NCBI RefSeq assembly: GCF_963921235.1
Contig: NC_086108.1
Coordinates: 72,108,001 to 72,172,000 of the forward strand
From: Mobula hypostoma
Taxonomy: Eukaryota
Length of the DNA stretch: 64,000 nt
Direction of reading: 5' to 3'
Below the pieces are notes generated by a model. The model saw only the letters and a program-made list of their open reading frames with translations. It was not told the origin of the DNA and made no database searches. The translations under genes and the position numbers were made by a program. Below are positions 48,399-59,067 of this stretch, one piece after another. How positions within the stretch are numbered: the first letter of the stretch is position 1; each line of letters starts with the position of its first letter.

Positions 48399-49399
48399 TA
48401 TACAAGTTATTCTTTAGAAAAAGCTAGAAGTTATGAGAAAACATACTGCTCAGTGCAGTGCTGGTCCACAGATTCAATGTAACCTCTTACATAAAGAACA
48501 AAAAAGGAAAATTGATCTGGAGTTTAGGTAAGGACAAATATTTATAAGTATACTGAGACATGGTAATGAATGAGGAAGCCAGCTGTTAAATCTTAAAGTT
48601 TTTACTTGTATCTGGACTAAGAGAGGCTGAAAAAATTTGAATCACTTAACTGAATAAATGACTTCTAATGAAGGTAACAGATACAAAGCACAAAAGAGAA
48701 GGAAAGAAAAGTATGGTAATTAATAATTAAAATAAATAAGCAATACTCTTCATTTATCAATAGTAAAGTTCATATTTTGAGGTCTTCCTGCATTCATTGC
48801 TCTCTAGCTACTGTGCATGGACATATCTGGAGCGTGCACACACATGCTGCGTGTATCCTTTACTAAGCTATTGCACTTACTGACTTGGTGAAGGATTTGC
48901 CAAATGTGTTAAATGTGACAATGGCACCTCAGTATTACAGCTTTGTGTGAAAACAGCTGCAATCCTTAGTGCCCAGCAGCTGTGCGAATCTGTACATTTA
49001 GACAATCTTCAACCATTTAATAGCCTAAGCACTTTTAATTAATGTCTTTTCAGATGTTATTACAGGCAGAACAATTACCCTCTGTTTCTGATAGGTCTTT
49101 TCACAGAAATATGGTTTGTCCAAGAGTTTAAGTTACATATCCACAATATTTTTTTCATTGGAGTATTGCTATTCTTTGATCAGCAAAACAGCCAGAGCAC
49201 AGACTGGACAGTGAACAAACATCACCTTCTTCCTCTCTTCTTGAAATCAGCTTAATGCGGAGCATTATGGATCGTAAAAGCCCACAGTGCAGAAGTTGCT
49301 GTTTGGGCCATAGATGCATTTCTTCCTCTTTATTCTTGTTTCTTTCCAATTCACTTTCTAAATGCGTTACTAAACTTATTCCATAATTCTTGCAGTTAG

Positions 49400-49960
49400 A
49401 ACTTTAAAAATCACATGATGTGCTGGTGAAAGAAATATTCCTCTTAGCTCTCTGTATTCTTTGACTACTGACCTATTCACCAGTGGAAACCATCTTTTTG
49501 GTTGCTCTATCAAGCCCTTACATCATCTTGAACTCTTTCAAATATTCCTTAAACTCCTCTGCTCCAAGGAGAAAATTATCACTTTCTACAGACTTTCCAC
49601 ATTATCCTCTTTTCTCACCCATCATTATCTCTTTGAGGCCAAGACATCTTTCCAACTTAGTAGCATTTAGAGATGGAAATGACCTCTGATCCAAGGTTAG
49701 TGATCCACAAATCTTCAACACAATTTCCACATTTTTGTGGCCAATATTCATATCTATAGAACTATTAAATCCATTTAAAAAATAACTTCATAAACACCCT
49801 GCCATCTTGGTGTACGCGATCCTCCAGCCCTCGTGGTTACCGCTGTACTTTAATATTGTAATATTTAGATTAAATTTAAAATTATTCCAAAATGCATCCA
49901 TTCACATTTGCTGCAACAACATTGAATCTGTTCAAATTTAATCTTGTTTTGTATTCTGCC
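49400..49960 (-). mobile_element. Very old CR1 3' fragment
   Basis: Degenerate motifs ggtgaaagaaatattcctc, accagtggaaacc, ctcctctgctccaaggagaa, matching reverse-strand CR1 C-terminal segments elsewhere in the window. Confidence 0.4.
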
Positions 49961-50149
49961 TCATCAATCAAATGTTTAAATCTGAATTGAGCAGATTTAT
50001 CAATTTCACTGCCAACTTGTCAAAGGCTTGATATATCCCTGCATGGGCCTGGTTAAAAGCTCTTAGCTATTTTTCCATTGTGCTTCTCATTCCAGTTCAG
50101 CATTTGTTTTTTCTTCCCACGAATATGTGTGTTATGTGCTTCTCTTGTC

Positions 50150-50510
50150 AGCTCTGGCTGAGCGCATTCCCGTGAGTCAAAAGATGCTCGGTTCTAATTC
50201 CATTCCTGTTCCTTGAGCCCTTGCTCTGGACAGTCTCCAATGCAGAACTAATGGAGTAAAGCAATGGAGGACTGTTGTTTTCCAGACAAGGCATTAAGCC
50301 GAGACTCTTTTCAACCTGTTGGCTGGCTGTTAAAGGTTCCACGCTGACATTTGGAGGAGAACTTTCCTGACTCCCCAGGTAACATTATTTCCAGCCATTG
50401 TCACCAAAACCGCTTACTCACCTTGTTGCAATTAATTGAACACAGCTACATTTCTCTACTTTTCAACAATAACATCACTTCACAATGACTTTTTAGCAAT
50501 GCACCTTAAA
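50150..50510 (+). mobile_element. Very old Deu-domain SINE (SacSINE1/AmnSINE-related)
   Basis: Colinear degenerate blocks gagtcaaaagatgctcggttctaattccattcc (tRNA-like head), ctccaatgcagaactaatggag, ggcattaagccgag, gttaaaggttccac, tcaccaaaac, caacaataacatcacttcacaa. Compared with the family only from memory. Confidence 0.45.
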
Positions 50511-51054
50511 TGTTCATTCTCTCTCTTCTTACTCCTGTCTATAACTGGATCTATATTCTATGCCATTTAACAGCAGCTCTGCTGCAGTTTGTGTGATTCA
50601 TCTGTAGCTGATAATCTCTCTTAGAAGGTCGCTACATGAGTCTGCTGACTATTACACAACCCTCTCTTGGCAGGCTGTAAATTTTTTTTCTAAAAATGAA
50701 TTGGCGAGAACAGGGTGTTCCTGGAGAGATGGAATTTTTCCATTTACTGAACGGTAATGATAGCCACGCTATTTCTAAAATGTTAACTGCAGATAGTGTT
50801 AATGTTGTTGCCATGTTAAACTGCTTACATTGTTTTTGGCTTAATCACATGGCATTGAATGTGTGATAAATTATTTAACTCTCTTGGTAGTAGGACAAAT
50901 GTATGTTGTAATTAATTCTGAATTTGTTCACTTTTAGTGACAATGAGTTTACTTTTGAGAAAGTGATTTGAGCAAAAATATGACAGTGAAAAAAATTCTT
51001 TCTCTTGAAAATAAATCAATCACAGATCTGTCTCTTGAGTTAAATGCTTTGAGA

Positions 51055-51920
51055 TTCATAGATTAAGTGAGGATGGAACTAGTTCTATGGTGCAGCTTGT
51101 CCATGCTAGCCAAGATGACTATCCATGCTAATCCTATTCGTCTGCATTTTCTCTCCAGTTATACAGTGCAGAAAGAGGCTCCTCCATGCGGAATAAGATG
51201 TCTTTCTGAGCTGGGCCATTTGCCTATGGTATCCCTCCAGTACTTTCTATGAATGTACTTACCTAAATGTCTTTTAAACATTTTGTCCACCTCTACAGCT
51301 TTCTCTGGCAGTCTGTTCCACACACTGACCATCCTCCGTGTAGTAAAAAGTTTCCTCTGGAGTCTCTTTTAAATCTTTCCCTTCTTGTTTTAAATCAATG
51401 TCCTCTAGTTTTCTAATGCCCAGGGAAAGAGATTGACCGTCCACCGTATCTCTGGCCCTCATGATTTTATACGCCTCTGTAAGGTCATCCCTCAGGCTCC
51501 CATGTTGTAGGGAAAAGAAGTGGCAGTCTATCTAACCTCTCCTTATATTTCAGGTAGCATGTCTGTGAATCTTTTCTGCAATTTTTACAGATTAATGACA
51601 TCTTTCCTGTAGCCTGGCAACCAGAACTACACACATACATTACTCCCAGGTATGGTCACACCAATGTCTTATACAGTTGTAACATGACATCTCACCTCTT
51701 GTACTCTGTGCCCTGACCAATGAAGGCAAACATGACCAAATCAGCCTTTGTCACCTTGACTGCCCATGCTGCCAATTTCAGGGAACTGAGTACCTGCACC
51801 TGTAAGTCTCTCTGTTCTACAGCATTCTTCACGGCCCTGTCATTTACTGTGTAAATCCAGCTCTGGTCCCAAAATGCAACACCCCACACCTGTCTGAGTT
51901 AAGTTCCATCTGCCATTCCT
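51055..51920 (-). mobile_element. CR1 3' fragment(s), degraded
   Basis: Minus ORF YTVNDRAVKNAVEQRDLQVQVLSSLK...FAFIGQGTEYKR; CR1-type 3' UTR at about 51060-51280. Confidence 0.8.
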
Positions 51921-52049
51921 GCTCTAAGTGAATGTAGAGGTGGAAAAACTTCAGAAAAAAAATGTAATGGGTACTGTCTGAGAGAAATGTTTGCCAGCCA
52001 AAACATGTTAGCGATTCGGAGTTTTACACTGAACGTACAGAATTTTAAA

Positions 52050-52296
52050 AAAACTATTTAGAGATGTAAGAGGCCCTTCCAGCCCAATGAGCTCGTGCTG
52101 CCCAATTACACCCATGGGGCTCATTAACCTACTAACCAGTACACCACTAAAATGTGGGAGGAAACTGTAGCACCCGGAGGAAACTCACACGGTCTCTGGG
52201 AGAACTTACAAACTCGTTATATACAGCAGCAGAACTGAACCCGGTCACCAGTGCTATAATAGACTTTCGGTTACCGCTGTGCTACCACGCCGTCCC
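52050..52296 (-). mobile_element. V-domain SINE
   Basis: aatgtgggaggaaactgtagcacccggaggaaactcacacgg...gaacccggtcaccag...gctgtgctaccacgccgtccc (tRNA-like head on the minus strand). Confidence 0.8.
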
Positions 52297-52599
52297 GTTT
52301 ATCTGACCTGGTTTAAACTGCATAAACATGTATACATTTATACTTTAATGAGATTATTGGAGCACCAGAGTATTTTTCTATATTGTACTGTTGAAGACAG
52401 AACCAAGGGATATATGGAGATGTACCCTTATCCAACACTACCTCATGATAATAAAGTAATAAGAAGCATGAAGCATTGCTAACTCAGATGGTGTTGTGAT
52501 GATAAAGAACAACCACGTTGCCCACTTGTTAACAACTCATAAATAATCATAACATGACCCATTGAGAACTTGCAGAGTGTGAAAAGGATAGTTACTTGA

Positions 52600-52823
52600 G
52601 CAAAATGCAAACAAAATGCTCAGCAGGTCAGGCTGGGTCCTCCAACATTTGGGGCTGAGACCCATCCTGATGAAGGATAATGATGATGGCTCCTGCTGAA
52701 GACTCTCAGCCTGAAACTTTGACTGTACTCTTTTCCACAGATGCTGCCTGGGCTGCCGAGTTCCTCCAGCATTTTGTGTGTGTTTCCTTGGATTTCCAGC
52801 AACTACAGAATATCCTGTGTTTA
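52600..52823. mobile_element. Short Penelope-derived fold-back element with hammerhead remnants
   Basis: Left arm aaaatgctcagcaggtcaggc...ggggctgagaccc, then cctgatgaagg and cctgctgaagactctcagcctgaaactttgactg, then the full right terminal repeat. Confidence 0.7.
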
Positions 52824-53669
52824 TGACAGTTACTGGAGGCAGTCTTATGTGCTGTACTGCAAATTGTTAATGTGTTAAAAACCAGAATAAGGTTTCAGGG
52901 AGCAAGGGAGTATCAGAGGATATTGGTTCGATGCCAGTAAAGCATGCAGGATCAGATTCTGCTGAAGTCAATGGGAGTGGAAGTAGAAGTAGGAACTCAA
53001 GAAGTAATGAGCCAGCAAACCTCTCTGTTTATCTTGGAGTTCTCCAAAATTAACTTTCATTCTAGTATCTGCTTCATGGAGCAGGGTGAATTGTGCTCAT
53101 ATTTCTTTTAAAAAGTTATTTATCAGCAACCATAAGAAATAGGAGGAGCTCAGTAATTTTCTCGCAACTTGACATATTAAGGATCTGCTAGGCCTTCGCT
53201 GCAGGACACAATAACTGGAAAACCGCAGATAGAACAGTCTTCCAGAAAGTTCCTGACCTCCATCTTGGAAATATTAGACGGCAGGCAAGTGGAGGAGTCT
53301 GGACCACTAATTCTACATGAGCTTATCAGATCTATCTTTTCCTTTGAGACAAATAAAATTCCTGGAAGCAGTGGTTTACTTGCTGAGGTGTGTTTATCTC
53401 TGTGGGACTGGGAGGAGCTTGATCTACTGAGTATGTACAGAGCAATGTCGTTAGTGGCAGCATCTTGAAATTCATGACAAAGCAGAAAGGGAAGAAGGAA
53501 ATGGTCAGAACTGATGACCTACCTCATTTCAAAGCCCTTGCCAACCAAGTCAAGTCTGCTCTGAACTACACTACATTCAACAGGGAGATATCTGACAGCC
53601 CGGCATTGCTCAGAGATATTATCACCTACATATGGGACAGGAGACCCAAAAGACGACTGATATTGTAAT

Positions 53670-53845
53670 ATGGAGCAAAAAACAACACAGAGTGCTGGTG
53701 AAAGCGAGCAGGGCACGCAGCATCTGTGCAGACAGATGGATGATCAGGACTGGTATGGGTTCTTGACGCAAAACATCAACCATCCCTGTCTCCACAGAGT
53801 CTGCCTGATACGCAGCTTTCCTTCAGCAGCTTGCTTTTGTTTTGC
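53670..53845. mobile_element. ~175-bp fold-back element from inverted Penelope-like ends
   Basis: Left arm gtgctggtgaaagcgagcagggcacgcagcatctgtgcagacagatgg pairs with right arm ccatccctgtctccacagagtctgcctg...gctttccttcagcagc; a degenerate hammerhead lies between them. Confidence 0.65.
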
Positions 53846-53905
53846 TTTACATGAGATATTAGTCAGCTTGGACCAGGAGATTGTCTTTAACAGAATATTA
53901 CACGT

Positions 53906-55187
53906 GTTTAAAGTTCAAATGTTCAAAGTGCACATATTATCAAAATACTTATACATTATACAACCTTGAGATTCGTCTCCTTTCTAGCAACCACAAAACA
54001 AAGAAACCCAAAAGAACCCATGAAAACAAAAATACTGTCAAACACCCAATGTGCAGAGAGAAAAATCACAAATCGTGCAAACAATAAAAGAAAGCAAATA
54101 GCATTCGGAACAAAAGTTAGTCCACAGACACGAAGCCTAGAGCAAGCTGCAGCCTGAGCCTTGGTTCAGCACAGAGCCAAGTAAATATCGCAGAGTCCTC
54201 AGACTTGGAGCCCGGAGCAGGCCCCAGCCTGAGCCTCAGTTCAGCACAGAGCCAAGTAAAGATCGCAGAGTCCTCAGACTTGGAGCCCGGAGCAGGCCCC
54301 AGCCTGAGACTTAGTTCAGCACAGAGCCAAGCAAATATCACAGAGGCCTCAGACATGGAGCCCAGAGCAGGACCCAGCCTGAGCCTCAGTTCTGCACAGA
54401 GCCAAATAAATATCACAGAGCCCTCAGACATGGAGCCCAGAGCAGGCCCCAGCCTGAGCCTTAGTTCTGCACAGAGCCAAGTAAATATCACAGAGCCCTC
54501 AGACATGGAGCCCAGAGCAGGCCCCAGCCTGAGCCTCAGTTCTGCACAGAGCCAAGTAAATATCACAGAGCCCTCAGACATGGAGCCCAGAGCAGGCCCC
54601 AGCCTGAGCCTCAGTTCAGTGCAGAGCCAAGTAAATATCACACAGTCCTCAGACATGGAGCCCAGAGCAGGTCCCAGCCTGAGCCTCAGTCCAGCGCAGA
54701 ACCGAGTAAGTGTTGCAAAGCAGTGAACAGAACCGACCTGACCCTTGCCTCGTCCCGACATCCTTTTCAATCCATCTAGCCAGGTGTTTAAATCATCCAG
54801 ACATTAGGTTGTTCTTAACACTAGGACCCGGGCACCTTTGAATCGATATACTCTGGGCATGGACCCCACCGCCACATTTTGGCCCATACCCAACATTTCC
54901 AAATTGGCCTGCCGCTTAGATGGATCAAACCTCGTTCTCTGTTTAGGTGGATGTGCCTCGAATCTGCCTCTCCTCCACTCCGACTTTGCCTCGAATATGC
55001 CTCAACCTCGCACCTGCATGCTTCAACCCTTGACTCATCCTCGCCTTCGCTCACCTCTCCTTTGTTTGTGGTGATTGTTTACCATAAATACAAGAAAAAT
55101 AGTTACTAATAAAGTATTTTTGTATTCTTTGCCTTGCTTGGCACCAGTAAGTAGTCACTGGGCTTTACCAGCACCATTTTAAACCAA
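53906..55187 (-). mobile_element. Non-autonomous retroelement with a (TTTGAAC)-type tail carrying a 75-bp minisatellite
   Basis: Tail tttaaagttcaaatgttcaaag at the left resembles the Rex1 tail at about 32985. The minus-strand 5' end is ggtttaaaatggtgctgg. It cleanly interrupts the Tx1 RT. Confidence 0.65.
54150..54710. repeat. 75-bp tandem repeat, about 7.5 copies
   Basis: Unit GTAAATATCACAGAGCCCTCAGACATGGAGCCCAGAGCAGGCCCCAGCCTGAGCCTCAGTTCTGCACAGAGCCAA starting at 54181, 54256, 54331, 54406, 54481, 54556 and 54631. Confidence 0.97.
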
Positions 55188-55921
55188 TGGTTTATGTTAC
55201 ACACAGACAAGAGTTGCATTGTTTAATCGAATGCGTGGGAAAAGAAAAACTTCACAATCAAATCTAGGATCAGATAAGACTGCCCTCACTTTTTTGTTGT
55301 GTTTGTGTGTTGAACTGAGCCTTGTGCCATACCTATCAGGAAGGACACAAGTATCCGAGTGTTGATGTCCCAGGCAGACGAGGCAGTCAAGTCAAAGAGA
55401 CAACGTCACTGTTTTCTGCTTGGAACCACTGTTGTCCACAGACCGAAGAGAATCTGTGCCCAGTCTGAACAAGCCTTGAGTGCCAGAATCAATCACAGCA
55501 AAAGTGAGTCCGTGTTCCCTTTACCATCAGATCCTTCCAATTACCTGAATCTGCTTCACAGGAGCTGGATTATGCGCCAAGAAATAGTAGAGTGCATAGT
55601 AAAACCAAAATAAAAACCAGAATGTGCTTCGTCTTCGTTCTAGGAGAAAGCTGGATTATCAGCTTTTGTTGTTACTCTGTCTGACACAGGTGTGGCCCGT
55701 GCCCTGCTCATGCAGTTGGCATTCAAACCCTCTTTCATATAATCTAGGGATTCAAAATGGACTGTGTCCACCGGAATGTATAAACCTACAGGGCAAAATG
55801 CACTTAACTCAGCCCTGATCCCAATAGCCACTTTAATGAACACAAGAAATTCTACCTATGCAGGAAATGCAAAGCAACACACAAAATGTTGGAAGAACTC
55901 AGCAAGTCAGACAGAATCTAT

Positions 55922-56790
55922 TCATAGTCATAGTCATACTTTATTGATCCCGGGGGAAATTGGTTTTCGTTACAGTTCCATGAAAAAGCTCCTTAGTCTT
56001 TTTCACATTAAGCTGCAGATAATTCTGCTCACACCATGTGATAAAGTTTCCTACCATAGCCCTGTACTCAACCTCATCTCCCTTGCTGATGCATCCAACT
56101 ATGGCAGAGTCATCCGAAAACTTCTGAAGGTGACAAGACTCTGTGCAGTAGTTGAAGTCCGAGATGTGGATGGTGAAGAGAAAGGGAGACAAGACAGTCC
56201 CCTGTGGAGCCGCAGTGCTGCTGATCACTCTGTTGGACACACAGTGTTGCAAGCACACGTACTGTGGTCTGCCAGTCAGGTAATCAAGAATCCATGATAC
56301 CAAGGAAGCATTCACCTGCATCGCTCTCAGCTTCTCTCCCAGCAGAGCAGGGCGGATGGTGTTGAACGCACTGGAGAAGTCAAAAAACATGACCCTCACA
56401 GTGCTCGCTGGCTTGTCCAGGTGGGCGTAGACACGGTTTCAGCAGGTAGACGATGGCATCCTCAACTCTTATTCGGGGCTGTTAGGGGAACTGGAGGGGA
56501 TCTAAGTGTGGCCTGACCATAGGCCGGAGCAGCTCCAGAACAAGTCTCTCGAGGGTCTTCATGATGTGGGAGGTCAATGCCACCGGTCTGTAGTCATTGA
56601 GGCCGCTGGGGCGCGGCGTCTTCGGCACAGGGACGAGGCAGGGCGTCTTCCACAGTACAGGAACCCTCCGGAGCCTCAGGCTCATGTTGAATACATGGCG
56701 AAGTACTCCACATTGCTGAGGGGCACAGGATTTGAACACCCTGGTACTGACACCATCCAGTCCTGCAGCCTTGCTTGGGTTGAGACATTG
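55922..56790 (-). mobile_element. Rex1/Babar-type LINE, young, internally deleted
   Basis: KAAGLDGVS...WKTPCLVPVPKTPRPSGLNDYRPVALTSHIMKTLERL; FFDFSSAFNTI...PQGTVLSPFLF...QKFSDDSA...LNVKKTKEL, then a direct jump to the 3' terminus with a (TATGAC)n tail. Confidence 0.93.
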
Positions 56791-57056
56791 GAAATGTCTA
56801 TGGAAGTGAATAACCAGACCCTTCTTCAGGACTGGAAAGATGATGACAGAATAACAAGGTGGGGGAGAGGGGAAGGAGGACAACTAGAAGGTAATAGGCA
56901 AAGCCAGGTGGGTAGGAAAGTTACAGGGCTGGACAGAAGGGAAGAGGAGGATAGGAGAGGAGGGTGGACCATAGGAGAAAGAGAAGGAGGAGGGGAACTA
57001 ATGAGAGGAGATAGGCAGGTTAGAGGAGATAAGAGGCCAGAGTGGGGAATAGAAGA

Positions 57057-57620
57057 AGTCAAGTCAAGTCACTTTTTATTGTCATTTCGACCATAACTGC
57101 TGGTACAGTACACAGTAAAAATGAGACAATGTTTTTCAGAATCATGGTGCTACATGAAACAATACAAAAACTACACTGAACTACGTAAACACAACACAAA
57201 AACTACACTAGACTACAGACCTACCCAGGACTACATAAAGTGCACAAAACAGCGCAGGCATTATAATAAATAATAAACAAGACAATAGGCACAGTAGAGG
57301 GCAGTAGGTTGGTGTCAGTCCAGGCTCTGGGTATTGAGGAGTCTGATGGCTTGGGGGAAGAAACTGTTACATAGTCTGGTTGTGAGAGCCCGAATGCTTC
57401 GGTGCCTTTTGCCAGATGGCAGGAGGGAGCAGAGTTTGTATGAGGGGTGCGTGGGGTACTTCATAATGCTGTTTGCTTTGCAGATGCAGCATGTGGTAAA
57501 ATGTCTGTAATGGCGGGAAGAGAGACCACGATAATCTTCTCAGCTGACCTCACTATCCGCTGCAGGGCCTTGCGATCCGAGATGGTGCAATTTCTGAACC
57601 AGGCAGTGATGCAGCTGCTC
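57057..57620 (-). mobile_element. Rex1/Babar-type LINE 3' fragment
   Basis: (GACTT)n tail. The reverse strand encodes ...IMKYPTHPSYKLCSLLPSGKRHRSIRALTTRLCNSFFPQAIRLLN. Confidence 0.88.
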
Positions 57621-59067
57621 AAGAAGACGGAAGGGGAAGGGAAAAAATTTTACCGGAAGGCGAAATTGATATTCATGCCCTCAGGTTGGAGGCTACCCAG
57701 ACGGATTATGAGATGTTGCTTTGCCACCTTGAGAGTGGCCTCATCATGGTACAAGAGGAGGCCATGGACTGCCATGTCGGAATGGGAATGGGAATCGGAA
57801 TTAAAATGGCTGGCCACTGGGAAATTCTGCTTTTGGCAGAAGGAATGGAGGAGCTTGACAAAGCGTCCCACAGTTGACAACAGGTCTCAGCAATGTAGAG
57901 AAGGATGCATCGGGAGCACTGGATTCAATAGACGACCCTAACAGAATTGCAGGTGAAGTGTTGCCTCACCCAGAAGGACTGCTTGGGGTCCTGAATGGTG
58001 GTGAGGTAGGAAGTGAGTGGGCAGGTGTGGCACTTAGCCAGGAGGGTGATTAGTGGGGAGGGACGAATGGACGTGAATCACAGAGAGGACGATCCCTGCA
58101 GAAAGCAGAGAGTAGGGGAAGGTAAAGATGTGTTTGGTGGGATGATCCCTTTGGAGGTTACGGAAGTTGTGGAGAATGATGTGTTGAATACAGAGGCTCA
58201 TCAGGAGGTAGGTTAGGAAAAGAAGAATTCTATCTCTGTTAAGGCAGTGGGAAGATGGGATGACTTTTATGTGTGATTGCATTAAAAAGTGCTGACTGTG
58301 GGCAGAATCCTCCAAGTTTCCATCAGTTTGTTTCAGCATTAGATGATCAGTTGATAGACAAAGAAACGTGCAGTATGCAGTGGCTAGGGTCTGTCCTCAC
58401 CATTCACTTCCACAGACATTCCTTGAACTGTCTGACTGAAATTCGTTTTACATCGATTTAGTTAAAATGTGGGGTTATTCAGAAGTATGCTTTGCCAAAT
58501 GCTGTCACAATATAAATAAGACCCAGTGCAACAAAGCGTTTGATGACATTAACCTGTCTTCATCAGAAGTGTAAGTATATTACTTTTTAGAACTGCATGG
58601 GGTTATTATTTGCATAATGATCACTGACAGGATTTAGAAGTCTACAGTCTTGGCTGAGATGCTTTAGCAGAGTAGGTGGCCTAAACTCCAACAGAATAAA
58701 AATACTTATTTGTATTAATGTGATGTTGAATGACAGTGGTGCCAAAGCCCCTTTTATTTAATCAAATCAGCATGTGGCTGCCAGATCTAGGTCACCATCA
58801 ATTCCCAAACATGTAAGTGAATTAATTCTCAATGCCACATTGAAAATTACCAATTTTGTTGTAACTAATTTTTTTAAAAAGCATTTAACATAAATTAATC
58901 TCTGAAGAGACATTATTAACAGCAAGTAACATTGGTTTAAAAAACAGCAGTACTCTAGATTATTTTCTTGTAAGTCCTTCTAATCCATTTGTTTTTCACC
59001 ATATGCATACATTATACTTGGCATTGCTGAAGGACTGAATTTTAAAAACAGGTTTTAGATATGTATA

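Larger units (their letters stand above)
53240..55720 (+). mobile_element. Degraded L1/Tx1-clade LINE RT region (53240-53905 plus 55187-55720), interrupted twice
   Basis: NKIPGSSGLLAE...WDWEELDLLSMY; REISDSPALLRDIITYIWDR; LVSLDQEIVFNRILH; after the insert YTDKSCIV...FTIKSRIR*DCP (GVRQGCP-like), LFVC*TEP...IRKD, INHSKSE. Confidence 0.7.
55838..58270 (-). mobile_element. Penelope-like element (GIY-YIG C-terminus, UTR, terminal repeat) split by two Rex1 insertions
   Basis: Segments 55838-55921, about 56790-57056 and 57621-58270. Minus ORFs NRDRILLFLTY...IQHIILHNFRNLQRDHPTKHIF and GRFVKLLHSFCQKQNFPVASHFNSDSHSHSDM...QHLIIRLGSLQPEGMNINF. Confidence 0.88.

Noticed and set aside
25404..52296. All four V-SINEs are on the minus strand, suggesting orientation bias from a host transcript
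   Set aside because: Four of four is not significant, and CR1 copies occur on both strands.
54150..54710. CRISPR-like array
   Set aside because: The units are contiguous with no unique spacers, there are no cas genes, and the context is eukaryotic.
54117..54770. 217-aa and 173-aa repetitive ORFs as host genes
   Set aside because: They lie almost entirely within a 75-bp tandem repeat inside a retroelement, with no splice or domain evidence.
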